From Planctomycetota bacterium (GTDB lineage Bacteria; Planctomycetota; GCA-002687715; CAIWVZ01), in NCBI GenBank assembly GCA_044222185.1, contig JBGANV010000001.1:736001-800000 (forward strand): a stretch of 64,000 nucleotides of DNA, read 5' to 3'. A model generated the notes under the pieces. The model was not told the origin of the DNA, ran no database searches, and worked only from the letters and a program-made list of their open reading frames with translations. Each line of letters begins with the position of its first letter. Position 1 is the first letter of the stretch. The position numbers and the translations under genes were made by a program. This document shows, in pieces, positions 1 to 10,366 of this stretch.

Positions 1-2
1 CG

Positions 3-215
3 CTGCCGCCATACGGCATCGTTCGCCTGGACGTCAGCGCGCTGGTGCTCGCCGCGAGCGGGACGTTCGGCGCGAACGGGAGGTCCGGCCTTTCCGTCAC
101 GGTCCCGAACAACCCCGCCCTCGTCGGGCTCACGGTGTGGTGGCAGGCGCTCGCGGGCGAGCCGGTCGGTCCAAGACTGTCCGGCCTCTCCGCCACGACA
201 GTCCTCGGATTCTGA
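3..215 (+). CDS. 3' end of a protein truncated by the window edge, carrying the shared C-terminal domain
   Basis: Hand translation LPPYGIVRLDVSALVLAASGTFGANGRSGLSVTVPNNPALVGLTVWWQALAGEPVGPRLSGLSATTVLGF*, TGA at 213-215; resembles the C-termini of four other exported proteins here. Confidence 0.75.
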   Translation: MPPYGIVRLDVSALVLAASGTFGANGRSGLSVTVPNNPALVGLTVWWQALAGEPVGPRLSGLSATTVLGF

Positions 216-554
216 TGCATGCGGACCACCGTCCGGATGGGTCGCGGACGGGACGGTCCTGGACTGACCCGACGGCGGCTCGGGGCATCTCCCGGTACGC
301 AAACGGTCGACTCGGGGCGTGCGGTGACGATCGAGCGTGCCCGATTGCGCGGGCGCGCGGGAGCGGACCGGACCCGCACGGCGTTCAATCGCGATGCGAC
401 CCGAGTGTGGGCGAAGGCCTGACCGTCGCCGGGTTGCGGGGAACGAAGCGGGGAATAGGCGGCAACCATCGAACGTCGAACGACTTCGTGGGACGCGAAC
501 GAAGGCCCGTTGGAGCGGCGGAATCACGGAGCGCTCGTCCCCTGGGAGAATGAC

Positions 555-1376
555 ATGGTGAACGGATCGACGGGTCGTCGGGCTCTGTGTGCCGTGATCG
601 TGGTGGTGGCCATTGCCGCAGGAGCGGGAGTTGCGGTCTCGCAGAACACGACGCCGACGCAACGGGCGCCGGCGAAATCCGCGCAGCAGATCGCACTCTC
701 CGGAGACGGCGAGGACGTAACCCTCAACGTTGGCGCGGAAGGCATGCTGCTGGAGGAGATGCTGGCACAGTGGACGGCGACCACCGGCCGGCGATTTGCG
801 TATCCGGAGGGATCGCGGCTCCGGGGGGTCGTCGTGCGCGTGACCGGTGTCGTGACGGTCAAGAAGGCTGCTGCCGACGCGATGCTCGAGTCGATTCTCG
901 TCGGCCACGGCTTCTGCCTCGAACCGATCGTTCCCCCCGAAGCGAACGTGTTCAGGGTCGAGTCGATCGCCGAGGGGCGAGCCGTTCGGCAGAACGCTCC
1001 GTTCGTCCCCCAGGAGCGCCTGGCGGATTTGCAGGCCGCACCGGCGCGCGTGTTCATGACGTTCATCCGGACGCACGGCGTCGACGCGACGACGGTGTGC
1101 GGGGCGATCCAGCATTGTCTGAGTCAGCGGAACGCCGAATTCGCCTTTCTGCTCGGAACGCGCGGCTTTCTGGTCGTGGGATTCGGACCAACCCTGGCGG
1201 CGATCGGGTCCGTCGTCGATGCGATGGAGGCTGCCTCCGCTCCGGCAGACGATCCCGCATCCAACGGATCGAAAGAACGCCAGAGCGCGTCGGGCGAGTC
1301 CGGTGGACGGACCAGCGAAGGCGAACCCAAGCCGGTCGAACGGCCGGTGAAGCGTGCGAAGCGCGAGTCGCGCTGA
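555..1376 (+). CDS. Secretin (GspD-like) N0+N1 domain-only protein with N-terminal signal/anchor
   Basis: ATG 555 after GGGAGA; hydrophobic N-terminus; LEEMLAQWTATTGRRFAY...MLESILVGHGF resembles N0; FIRTHGVDATTVCGAIQHCL...TRGFLVVGFGPTLAAIGSVVDAME resembles an N1/NolW repeat; no beta-barrel domain. Confidence 0.6.
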   Translation: MVNGSTGRRALCAVIVVVAIAAGAGVAVSQNTTPTQRAPAKSAQQIALSGDGEDVTLNVGAEGMLLEEMLAQWTATTGRRFAYPEGSRLRGVVVRVTGVVTVKKAAADAMLESILVGHGFCLEPIVPPEANVFRVESIAEGRAVRQNAPFVPQERLADLQAAPARVFMTFIRTHGVDATTVCGAIQHCLSQRNAEFAFLLGTRGFLVVGFGPTLAAIGSVVDAMEAASAPADDPASNGSKERQSASGESGGRTSEGEPKPVERPVKRAKRESR

Positions 1377-1445
1377 CGCCTCGCGGCTGACGAGCGCGCC
1401 GTGACGGGTTACGCGACCCTGGTGCGATCGCCGTGGGTGCCAGGT

Positions 1446-3146
1446 TCAGAACGTGACCTCCAGCGCCTCCGACGCCGCGAACACCGAGTTGGCTGCGAAT
1501 GCCGACGACGTGAAACCCTGAAGGCGCAACGTCCAACCGCCCAGGCCGGGCGGGACCTGGAACGCGACGGGCAAACCAGCCGGCGGGAGCCCCGGAGCGG
1601 AGAACGGCGAACCCGGCAGCGCGCCCGTGATGATGAACGCCGTGGCCTCGAGCCAGATCCCGGGCGTGTTGATGACGGGTGGTGCGCCGGTCGGATGGAG
1701 CTGGCCGCCCAGCACCGGCAGGGCCCCGGCCATGGAACCCGTCGGCGACTTCAGCAGCACGCGGAGCAGGGCACCCGCCGCTGCCGCGCGCGACGCTGCG
1801 AGGGGATCTCCACCGGTGGCGACGGTCACATAGAGATCCAACGAATCGGTCGTGCCCGGATGGACGTCCAACGGGACTTCGTCCGCACCGATGTCGACCC
1901 CAGGACCGATGAGCCGCGGCGACCCATCGATGTCCGTGGCCGGCAGGCCTACGAGGCTCGAGCCGCCGGCGTTGCGGCACGGCGATGATCGCGAAAGGTG
2001 GAAGTCGCCGCCGGGGCCATCGACGAACAACGGATCGACGTTCAGGTTCGTCGGGCTCGGCGTGAACACGCCTGTTCCCACGTTCGAGTTGGTGACGCTG
2101 CCGAATGCCAGGTTCGAGTTGACGGCGACGATGTCGGCATAGCTGTTGCCCCAGACGATCGAGCGGTCGACGGTGAGGGAGATCCCGCCGCCGTTGAAGT
2201 AGAGCGCCCCGCCAACCGAGCCGGTGTTCCCGTAGATCGTGCAGCATCGAAACACGGTCGTTCCGGATCCCAGGGTCGGCGTGAGCGCTCCGGCGGCGGG
2301 CCCGTTCGTGTTGAATGCGATGACGCAGTTCGTGACGTTGCACTGCGACCCGTCGACGTAGAACGCTCCGTACGAACCCGACTGGGCGCCGTTGTACAAG
2401 AAACGCGAGTTCGTGATGTTGAGGACACCGAAGCCGCGCCCGAGGATGCTGCACCCCGCGGTCTCCGACCGATTGTGCGTGAACGTGCACCCATCGATGG
2501 TCGCCAGCGTGGAGGCTCCCGCGATTCGTATGGCGCCGCCCCCTGAGCTCGCGAAATTGCTGTCGGCCCAGGCGTAGTTGCCGTCGAACGCGCAATTCGT
2601 GATGGTGGGCGACGACGAGATCGACGACTGCGGCTCGAAGGAGATGGCGCCACCGCCGCCGGCGACGTTGGAGGTGAAAACACAGCCCGAGATCGACGGC
2701 GATGCCACCGAAACTCCCGTCGAGAGGCAACGGATTCCGGCGCCGGTGGCCGTTCCGCTCTTCACCTGGTTCGAGATGACGCAGTTCTGGATCTGGGGTG
2801 ACGCGTTCTGGCACAGGATCGCGCCGTTCCCGCCGTTCATCGTGAAGCCCGAGAACACGGTCGCAACGCCTTCACCTCCAGCGAAGGTGACGGCCGCACC
2901 AGACGCCGGTCCCGCGATGAGGGTCACGGCCGCGCCACCGGAACTCATCACTCGAATGGTCTTTCCGGCGAACGTGATCGGCCCCGCATGGGTGCCAGGC
3001 GCGACGAGCACGGTGTCGCCGTTGCTCGAGGCGGTGATAGCCGCCTGGATCGTTGCGAACTGAGACGGGACGTTCCTGGTCGTCTGCCCGGCGAGGGCGC
3101 AACAAACGACCGCGGCGCAGACCAGCATTCGCATTCCGTCGGACAT
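1446..3146 (-). CDS. Exported right-handed parallel beta-helix (pectin lyase-like) protein with shared C-terminal tail
   Basis: ATG 3146 with AGGAG SD; signal peptide; NVPSQFATIQAAI...GDTVLVAPGT start; repeated 'I.NC.F..N.A..GG' units; DPLFVD..GDFHL...SPC..AG and DIGADE motifs. Confidence 0.85.
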   Translation of the reverse strand: MSDGMRMLVCAAVVCCALAGQTTRNVPSQFATIQAAITASSNGDTVLVAPGTHAGPITFAGKTIRVMSSGGAAVTLIAGPASGAAVTFAGGEGVATVFSGFTMNGGNGAILCQNASPQIQNCVISNQVKSGTATGAGIRCLSTGVSVASPSISGCVFTSNVAGGGGAISFEPQSSISSSPTITNCAFDGNYAWADSNFASSGGGAIRIAGASTLATIDGCTFTHNRSETAGCSILGRGFGVLNITNSRFLYNGAQSGSYGAFYVDGSQCNVTNCVIAFNTNGPAAGALTPTLGSGTTVFRCCTIYGNTGSVGGALYFNGGGISLTVDRSIVWGNSYADIVAVNSNLAFGSVTNSNVGTGVFTPSPTNLNVDPLFVDGPGGDFHLSRSSPCRNAGGSSLVGLPATDIDGSPRLIGPGVDIGADEVPLDVHPGTTDSLDLYVTVATGGDPLAASRAAAAGALLRVLLKSPTGSMAGALPVLGGQLHPTGAPPVINTPGIWLEATAFIITGALPGSPFSAPGLPPAGLPVAFQVPPGLGGWTLRLQGFTSSAFAANSVFAASEALEVTF

Positions 3147-3271
3147 GTTCGTTCTCCTGGTGCCGTCGTGTGAGCTGGCGCTGGCACCGCGCGCCAGACA
3201 TGCATCGCCTCGGGCCGGTGCGTCGCGGCACCGTCGCCGCGCGCCGTCCCGCCGGGATCGAATCGAGTGAG

Positions 3272-5896
3272 TCAGTAGCCGAGCACGACGTCGAGAGCGT
3301 TGCTCAGCGCGAACGAACCCGGAAGCAACACGCCCGACTGGGCGCGCAGCGTGAACCCCCACGCCGCGGCGAGGAGTGGGAGCGGCACCGTCGAACTCGC
3401 GACGCCGCTCGCGCTCGTCGTGAACTCGGCCAGCAACGAGAGGCTTGGAAGGTCCAGGTGAACGAGGCATCCGTTGCCGGCGTCCCAGGACGTCGCGGGG
3501 ACGAGCGAAACGTACGTCTGACCATGGAGGCCTGGGGACGTGGTGACGCTCCAGGACCAGGTGTTGCCGATCACGGGCAGGGTGGCTTCCAGGTACGGGT
3601 TCACTGGCAGGGGGCCACATCCGCTGCCGGCGATCGCCGTCGACGCCGGCGCCCGAAGCACGGGGAACGTGAGGAGCGCGCTTCCCCGAACGAGAAGCTC
3701 GCCGTTCGCGATCGCGGCGCACGCGGGTGCGAGGCCGTTCGACGTGGGCGCCCAGGAACTGACGACGCCCGTCGCGCGGTCGATCTCGGCAAGGCCTGCG
3801 CGCGGCAGGCCGCCCGCCGTCGAGAACGTGCCACCGACCAGGAGAGACGGGCCGGCGAGAACCATCCCCGTGGCCGCGCCCGGGTAGTACGGAACTGGCG
3901 GGAATGCGGGTGCCGTGAGGATCGGCGTTGGCCACCCCGTGAGCGCACCCGATGTCCGGTCGACCTCCGCGAGTCCCACCCGGGACACGCCACCGAGCGA
4001 AGCGAAATCGCCCGACAAATAGACAGTCGACTCCGCGACGCAGACGGACGACACGAACGAGCCGCCTTCGACAGCCGCATCGAAGGGGCGAACGGCGCCG
4101 GTCGCCGCGTCGAACGCGACGAGGTTGCGGCGTCCCCACTCGACGAAGTTGCCATGGACCCACACGGTGTCGCCCGCGACCTCCATGCCACGGAATCCCG
4201 ACGTGGCGAACGTCAGCCCCGGGTCCCAAGGCAGGACCGCCCCGGATTGAATGTCGACGGACGCCAGGCCTGACCGTGGAGTGCCGCCCACATAATCGAA
4301 CTCACCCACGATGAAGAGGTCGCTGCCGCGGACCCGCAGCCCTCGGACGCGGTTCGGCAATCCGGGAGAGACGGCCGAGGTTCCCGGGTTCCAGGAACTC
4401 ACCGCACCGGTCGTCAAGTCGATGGCCGCGAGGTTCGTCCTCGGGACCCCGTCGATCGCCGTGAATTCACCTCCGAGGTAGAGCGTGGAGCCGACGACGG
4501 TGACGGCGTGCACGGTGCCTGCGACGGTGGGGACCGTTTCGATTTGTATCCCCGCTGCGAGGTCGACGGCCGCCAGGGAGTTGCGCGGGCGGCTTCCGAT
4601 CCCCGACGTCCGAAGGAGCACCGTGGTTCCGCTTGTGGCGAACGTGTACTGGGGCATGGCGCCTGGCGACGGATTCCACGGAGAGGCGAGCGCCGTGGTG
4701 AGATCGAGTTCAGCGAGGCCACGCCGTGGTTGTCCCCCTGCGGCCGTGAAGGTGCCGCCGATCCGGACCGTCGACGCCGTGAGCTCCAACGTCGTGACCA
4801 CCGAGATCTGCGTGGGAAGCTGCGAGCTGGGGTTGAGCTGCGCATTCCACGGCAGGACGGCCGCCGTGCTCGCGTCGAGGGCCGCAAGACGCACGCGCGT
4901 CACGCCGGCGATCGAACCAAATTCTCCGCCAGCGATGACCATGTTGCCGGTGGCCGCAAGCACGCGGACGGTTCCGTCCGCTGCTGGCGCCCAAGGCGTC
5001 AATGCTCCGGACGTCGCATCAGCCGCCGCGAGGCGCGATCGCGTCACACCGCCGATCGATGTGAAGTTGCCGCCGATCCAGACCGTGCTGCCGCTGGCGG
5101 CGAGCGCGCGCGCATTCGTCGTGGCTCCCGGATACCACGGCAGGACGGCGCCTGTCGTCTGGTCGAGCGCCGCCAGCCCCGTGCGCGGCTGTCCCCATGC
5201 TCCGGTGAACGCACCGGCGACGTACACGGCTCCGGAATGAAGCGCGATCGAAAGTACGGCGGACCCCTGCGGGAAGACGGGCGCGGGTGTCAGCGAGGCG
5301 TTCCACGGAAGGACGGTCCCATCCGCGGCCGACACGGCGGCGATCCCGTACCGCGGAAGCCCGCCTGCGCTCACGAGCGTCCCGCCGATGTAGAGAACGC
5401 CGGCGTCGAGCGCGAGGGCCCAGATCCCGGCCGATGCTCCGGAGATCTGAGTCATGACCAGCGCCGCGTCCCATGCTGCGTCGACGCTGCCGTCGGGAAG
5501 GATGTGTGCGACGCCCGGTCGGAACAGCCCGGCGACGAAGTAGAACTGGCCCCCGATGAACCATCCGCCGAAGCCATCGGCGACGGCACACGTGGTCAGT
5601 CCCGATTCGATCGGAGTCGGCGTCCCGATCTGCGCTCCCGTGATGGTGTCCGTTCGCACGAGCCCTTCGGCGGGTCGAAAGACCCGGGTGAAGGAGCCGG
5701 CGAACCACGCCGTCCGTCCAGACACCGCGAGCGACTCTATGGAGTTGACGTCGACGACGTAGGACGTCGACGGAGTGACGCCCAGCGACTGCGCTGGTGA
5801 CGTGTGGGGCGAGGCCAGGTTCGCGAGGACTACCGTGAACCACCAGGCCAATCTCGCGCCGACCCGAATGCGTGACCCTCGCCGTCGTGTTTGCAT
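3272..5896 (-). CDS. Exported beta-propeller-type repeat protein with Cys-pair C-terminal domain
   Basis: Signal-like N-terminus ending SPA-Q; about 12 repeats of 'LY(I/V)GG.FT..GG..R..LAA(V/L)D..TGAV.PW.P'; start codon approximate. Confidence 0.8.
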   Translation of the reverse strand: MQTRRRGSRIRVGARLAWWFTVVLANLASPHTSPAQSLGVTPSTSYVVDVNSIESLAVSGRTAWFAGSFTRVFRPAEGLVRTDTITGAQIGTPTPIESGLTTCAVADGFGGWFIGGQFYFVAGLFRPGVAHILPDGSVDAAWDAALVMTQISGASAGIWALALDAGVLYIGGTLVSAGGLPRYGIAAVSAADGTVLPWNASLTPAPVFPQGSAVLSIALHSGAVYVAGAFTGAWGQPRTGLAALDQTTGAVLPWYPGATTNARALAASGSTVWIGGNFTSIGGVTRSRLAAADATSGALTPWAPAADGTVRVLAATGNMVIAGGEFGSIAGVTRVRLAALDASTAAVLPWNAQLNPSSQLPTQISVVTTLELTASTVRIGGTFTAAGGQPRRGLAELDLTTALASPWNPSPGAMPQYTFATSGTTVLLRTSGIGSRPRNSLAAVDLAAGIQIETVPTVAGTVHAVTVVGSTLYLGGEFTAIDGVPRTNLAAIDLTTGAVSSWNPGTSAVSPGLPNRVRGLRVRGSDLFIVGEFDYVGGTPRSGLASVDIQSGAVLPWDPGLTFATSGFRGMEVAGDTVWVHGNFVEWGRRNLVAFDAATGAVRPFDAAVEGGSFVSSVCVAESTVYLSGDFASLGGVSRVGLAEVDRTSGALTGWPTPILTAPAFPPVPYYPGAATGMVLAGPSLLVGGTFSTAGGLPRAGLAEIDRATGVVSSWAPTSNGLAPACAAIANGELLVRGSALLTFPVLRAPASTAIAGSGCGPLPVNPYLEATLPVIGNTWSWSVTTSPGLHGQTYVSLVPATSWDAGNGCLVHLDLPSLSLLAEFTTSASGVASSTVPLPLLAAAWGFTLRAQSGVLLPGSFALSNALDVVLGY

Positions 5897-5960
5897 GGCC
5901 CGGAGATTGTCGCAGATCCTCTCACGCGAGGGGCCAAGACCGTCGGAATCGCAAGAACGC

Positions 5961-6569
5961 TCACGGACCCATGCGCCGTCGGGCTTCCTCCAGGTCCGCT
6001 GGCGTGTCGAGGTCGAACAGCACGGCGTCCGTGGCAACCGGCGCGCCGACGACATGTTGCAGGTTGTTGCGGTAGACGACGCGACCTGAGGACGCGGGTT
6101 CCAGCGCCAGGAACTCCCGGGCGTAACCGCGCGCGTAGAGGACGGGGTGGCCCCATCCTGAGGAGAACGTCGGACGCACGATCATCCCGGCCGGCTCGCC
6201 CCGCCGTCGGTACACGCCGATCAGCGCGTCCAGGTCTGCGCGCGTCACGAGGCAGTGATCGACGGGGTGGATCAGGAAGGCCCCCGCCTCAGCTCCGAGC
6301 GCCCTCAGCCCGCACTGCAGCGATGAGAGTTGGCCGCGATCGTGGTCGGGATTGGTCACCGCACGAACACGCGGCCGAGTGACGTGGGCCTCGACCAGTT
6401 CGGCCTGATGCCCGAGCACGACGATCACTTCGTCGACGGTGGACTCCAGCACCTCGTCGAGGAGCCGTGCGATCAGCGGCCGACCTGCGATGTCGAGGAT
6501 TCCTTTCGTGCCTCCGACCCTCGATCCGCGCCCGGCCGCCAGAAGGATGTCGACGACGGGGCTCGTCAT
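5961..6569 (-). CDS. Nucleotidyltransferase family protein (MocA-like, NTP_transf_3)
   Basis: ILLAAGRGSRVGGTKG, NPDHDRGQLSSLQCGL, HPVDH, GHPVLY, DLDTPADL; ATGA overlap with the upstream gene. Confidence 0.85.
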   Translation of the reverse strand: MTSPVVDILLAAGRGSRVGGTKGILDIAGRPLIARLLDEVLESTVDEVIVVLGHQAELVEAHVTRPRVRAVTNPDHDRGQLSSLQCGLRALGAEAGAFLIHPVDHCLVTRADLDALIGVYRRRGEPAGMIVRPTFSSGWGHPVLYARGYAREFLALEPASSGRVVYRNNLQHVVGAPVATDAVLFDLDTPADLEEARRRMGP

Positions 6570-8176
6570 TTCAGGGGCTTGCGCAGGACCTGGCCCGGGC
6601 GCAGGAGGGTGTGCTTGCCGTCCTCGGAGACCACGGTGCCGTTCACGACGACCCACTTGATGCCGACCGGCGGGCGGAGCGGCTCCTCGTACGTCGCGCC
6701 ATCGGCAATCGTCTTCGGGTCGAACACGACGAGGTCGGCGAACCTGCCGACGGCGATCGAGCCGCGATCCGCGATTCCAAAGGCGCCGGCAGGGAGGCTC
6801 GTCATCTTGCGGATCGCGTCCTCGATCGGGATCACGCCCAATTCACGCACGTAACGTCCGAGCACGCGTGGGTTGTTGCCGAACCCGCGCGGGTGCGGCC
6901 GACTGCCGTCGTCGTTGCGGACGCCGGCGTCGGACGCGACGGAGACGTAGGGAGCCTTCATGAACGTCTGCACGTCGGCGTCGTTCATCCCGTGATAGAC
7001 CATGCTCACGCGGGAGCCCTTCGAGCGGATCATGATCTCGGCTGCCGCATCCGCCTGATCGAATGCCGTCCTGGCGTGCTTCAACGTGTCCGCCGCATCG
7101 GCGAGCGTCTTGCCCGCGAGCGTCGGCAGGTTCGGCGCATTCGCGATCTGCGCGTAGGCAAGGTCCGTGAACCCGTTCTTCGTTGCGCGGTCGAGAACGG
7201 CCTGCGCCATCCGTTTGCGGAACTCGGGATCGTTCCCGAGCTTCTCGCAGAATGCCTTGCGTCCGACCTCGAGCTCGTCCGACGGGAAGAGGATGTCGAG
7301 GCTCGTCGACGACGCCGCGTATGCATATTGGTCCGCCGTGATCGTGAGGCCGTCGGCCTTCGCCTTGGCGATGCGACCGAGGATGCGCTCGGCCTGCCCC
7401 CACACGGCCTTCCCGCTGCTCTTGATGTGCGAAACGTGGATCGGGAGCTTCGCCTCGCGGCCGATCGTGAAGATCTCGTCCAGCGACTTGTCGATGTCGA
7501 GTCCCTCGTTGCGCATGTGCGAGACGTACAGGCCGCCGAATCGCGCGACGACCTTCGAGAGCTCGACGAGCTCGGGCGTCGCCGAATACGTCCCCGGCAC
7601 GTAGATCAGGCCGGTCGACATCCCGAAGGCTCCGGCCTTCATACCGGCCTCGACGAGGCCCTTCATCTTCTCGAGTTCGTCCGCCGTGGGCGCGCGGCGC
7701 GCGAGTTTCATCACCTGCGAGCGCACGGTGCCATGTCCGACGAGCGTGCCGTAGTTGATGCTCACGCCCTGGGCCGCGGTCTTCTTCAGGTGGGCGTCGA
7801 CGTCCTCCGCCGCGCTTCCGCAGTTGCCCGTGATGATCGTCGTCACGCCCATGGCGACGAAGTTCTCGATGTTCGGGTGGGTGAGCACGTCGTCGTCGAT
7901 GTGCGTGTGCAGATCGATGAATCCGGGCGCGACGACGAGCCCCTTGGCGTCGAGCGTCTTCGTCGCGCTCCACCCCGACCCGTCGCCGATGCGGACGATC
8001 CGGCCGTCCTGCACGGCCACGTCGGCTCGGACGCCCGGAGAACCTGAGCCGTCGATCACCAGGCCCTGGCGGATCACGAGGTCGAAGGACGGGGGCGCGC
8101 TGTCTTGCGCGGACGCGGTCACAAGGAGCCACAGGGCGAATGAAACGATCTCGACGGTTCGGATGGAGCGGATCAT
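6566..8176 (-). CDS. N-acyl-D-amino-acid deacylase family amidohydrolase, exported
   Basis: VAPGFIDLHTH, GVTTIITGNCG, GMSTGLIYVPG, SHMRNEG, HVSHIK, SDAG, PHPRGFG; signal peptide ending ASA-Q. Confidence 0.9.
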   Translation of the reverse strand: MIRSIRTVEIVSFALWLLVTASAQDSAPPSFDLVIRQGLVIDGSGSPGVRADVAVQDGRIVRIGDGSGWSATKTLDAKGLVVAPGFIDLHTHIDDDVLTHPNIENFVAMGVTTIITGNCGSAAEDVDAHLKKTAAQGVSINYGTLVGHGTVRSQVMKLARRAPTADELEKMKGLVEAGMKAGAFGMSTGLIYVPGTYSATPELVELSKVVARFGGLYVSHMRNEGLDIDKSLDEIFTIGREAKLPIHVSHIKSSGKAVWGQAERILGRIAKAKADGLTITADQYAYAASSTSLDILFPSDELEVGRKAFCEKLGNDPEFRKRMAQAVLDRATKNGFTDLAYAQIANAPNLPTLAGKTLADAADTLKHARTAFDQADAAAEIMIRSKGSRVSMVYHGMNDADVQTFMKAPYVSVASDAGVRNDDGSRPHPRGFGNNPRVLGRYVRELGVIPIEDAIRKMTSLPAGAFGIADRGSIAVGRFADLVVFDPKTIADGATYEEPLRPPVGIKWVVVNGTVVSEDGKHTLLRPGQVLRKPLK

Positions 8177-8262
8177 GGCGAGATCATATTTGGATGCTCA
8201 CGGACCGCTACGGTCGCCGTCGCGATCGTTATGATCCCGCCTCATTCAGCGAAGGAACTCCC

Positions 8263-10359
8263 GTGCCCAACTCGCTCGACGCCATCTTTCGTCCCCGTTC
8301 CGTGGCCGTCGTCGGTGCCTCGCGCCGTGCGGAGTCCATCGGGACGAGCATCGTCCGAAATCTCTTCAGGAGCGGTTTCTCCGGAATGATCTTTCCGGTC
8401 AACCGCGAGGCCCACGTCATCCATTCGGTGAAGGCCTATTCGACGGTATCGGCCATTCCCGATCCCGTCGACCTCGCCGTGATCGTCGTGCCACGGTCTC
8501 ACGTACGGGAGACCGTGGAGGATTGCGCGAAGAAAGGGGTGAAGGGGCTCGTGGTCATCACGGCCGGCTTCCGGGAGACGGGTGCCGCGGGCCTCGCGGA
8601 CGAAGAGTGGCTGCGCCAGTTCTGCCGTGAGAAGGGCATGCGCCTCGTCGGGCCCAACTGCATGGGTGTGATCAACGCCGAGCCCGAGTTCGCGCTCGAC
8701 GCGACGTTCGCACCCGTCGGCGCGGACTTCGGCAGCGTGGCGTTCGCGAGCCAATCGGGCGCCATGGGCGTCGCGATCTTGAACTCGTGCAAGCGGCTCG
8801 GGATCGGCTTCACGCAGTTCGTGTCCATGGGGAACAAGGCCGACGTCTCGGGCAACGACCTGCTCGAGTATTGGGAGAACGACCCCCGCACGCGGCTCAT
8901 CGCGTTCTACCTGGAAGGTCTCGGCAACCCGGCGAGATTCCAGGAGATCGTTCGCAGAGTCACGAAGAAGAAACCAGTGTTGATGGTGAAGAGCGGACGG
9001 AGTCGGGTTGGCGCGCGCGCCGCATCGAGTCACACGGGATCGGCCGCCGGCGGCGACACGGCGATCTCGGCCCTGATCGATCAGTGCGGCGTTCTTCGGT
9101 GCGACACGCTCGAGGAGTTGTTCGACGTCGCCGCGGCCTTCACGCGGTGTCCGCTGCCTGCTGGTCGCCGCATCGCCATCGTCAGCAACGCGGGCGGACC
9201 TGCGATCATGGCGGCCGACGCCGCCGAAGCACTGGGGTTGTTCATCAACCCGTTGTCCGACGCCGCGAAGGCTCGCCTACGCACGTTCCTCCCGGCCGAG
9301 GCGTCGGTGCAGAATCCGGTCGACATGATCGCGTCGGCCAAGACCGAGAACTACGTGCGCACGTTGGAGGTGGTCCTGGCGGAGGAGTCCGTCGACGCCG
9401 TCATCGTGATCAGCGTCCCCCCGGTGCTGTTCGACCCGACGGAACTCATGAAGCGCGTGACCGAAGTCACTCGAACGGCGAAGAAGCCGGTCCTGACGGT
9501 CTTCATGGCGAAGGAGGAGTTCTACGAGACGGTGCACGAGATCCCGGACCACCCGCCCGTGTATCGGTTCCCGGAGAACGCCTTGCGTGCGCTCGCCGAC
9601 ATGTGCCGCCATGCAACCTGGTGCGCCAGGCCGGTCGAACCGACGGTGACGTTCGACGACGTGGACGACGCGGAGGTCCGTCGCGTGATCGCAGCGCGCA
9701 AGGCTCCGTGGCTCGATGCGGAGGAACTGCGGCGCGTGCTCGCGGCCTACCGGCTGCCGGTTCCCGCACAGCGGACCGGGCGCAACCTCGCCGAGGTCCT
9801 GGCTGCCGCGAAGGTCGTCGGGTTTCCGTGCGTCTTGAAGGCCATGGGAGAGAAACTCGTCCACAAGAGTGACGTCGGCGGTGTCGCGTTGGGCATCGAG
9901 TCGGAAGGGGACCTGAAAGCGGCGTTTGCAGGCATGCAGTCCGCACTGGACAAAGCGGGAGTCCTGCGCCACGCGGAGGCCTACCTGGTGCAGCAGCAGG
10001 TCGCCGCGGGGCGTGAGGTGATCGTCGGAGCGTTCCGCGACGCGAAGGTGGGACCCGTGCTCGCCTTCGGCATGGGCGGTCGGTACGTGGAGGCGCTGAA
10101 GGACATGGCATTCCGCCTGCCGCCGCTGACGCGGTCGGATGCCGTCGACATCACGACGTCGATCCGCGGGACGAAGATCCTCACGGGAATTCGCGGCGAG
10201 GCTTCCGTCGACCACGCGCGGCTCGAGGACATCGTCCTGCGGGTCGGGCAACTCGTCTCCAGGCACCGCGAGATCGCCGAACTCGATCTGAACCCAGTGA
10301 TCGCGCACCCGGTCGGGACACCGACGCTCGTCGCCGACGCACGGATCCGGATCGAGTGA
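8263..10359 (+). CDS. Acetate--CoA ligase (ADP-forming)/acyl-CoA synthetase, alpha-beta fusion
   Basis: GTG start after AAGGA; FRPRSVAVVGAS CoA-binding, GPNCMG, SQSGA, SHTGS phospho-His, NAGGP, C-terminal ATP-grasp HKSDVGGV...ELDLNPV. Confidence 0.9.
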   Translation: MPNSLDAIFRPRSVAVVGASRRAESIGTSIVRNLFRSGFSGMIFPVNREAHVIHSVKAYSTVSAIPDPVDLAVIVVPRSHVRETVEDCAKKGVKGLVVITAGFRETGAAGLADEEWLRQFCREKGMRLVGPNCMGVINAEPEFALDATFAPVGADFGSVAFASQSGAMGVAILNSCKRLGIGFTQFVSMGNKADVSGNDLLEYWENDPRTRLIAFYLEGLGNPARFQEIVRRVTKKKPVLMVKSGRSRVGARAASSHTGSAAGGDTAISALIDQCGVLRCDTLEELFDVAAAFTRCPLPAGRRIAIVSNAGGPAIMAADAAEALGLFINPLSDAAKARLRTFLPAEASVQNPVDMIASAKTENYVRTLEVVLAEESVDAVIVISVPPVLFDPTELMKRVTEVTRTAKKPVLTVFMAKEEFYETVHEIPDHPPVYRFPENALRALADMCRHATWCARPVEPTVTFDDVDDAEVRRVIAARKAPWLDAEELRRVLAAYRLPVPAQRTGRNLAEVLAAAKVVGFPCVLKAMGEKLVHKSDVGGVALGIESEGDLKAAFAGMQSALDKAGVLRHAEAYLVQQQVAAGREVIVGAFRDAKVGPVLAFGMGGRYVEALKDMAFRLPPLTRSDAVDITTSIRGTKILTGIRGEASVDHARLEDIVLRVGQLVSRHREIAELDLNPVIAHPVGTPTLVADARIRIE

Positions 10360-10366
10360 CGGAGGC

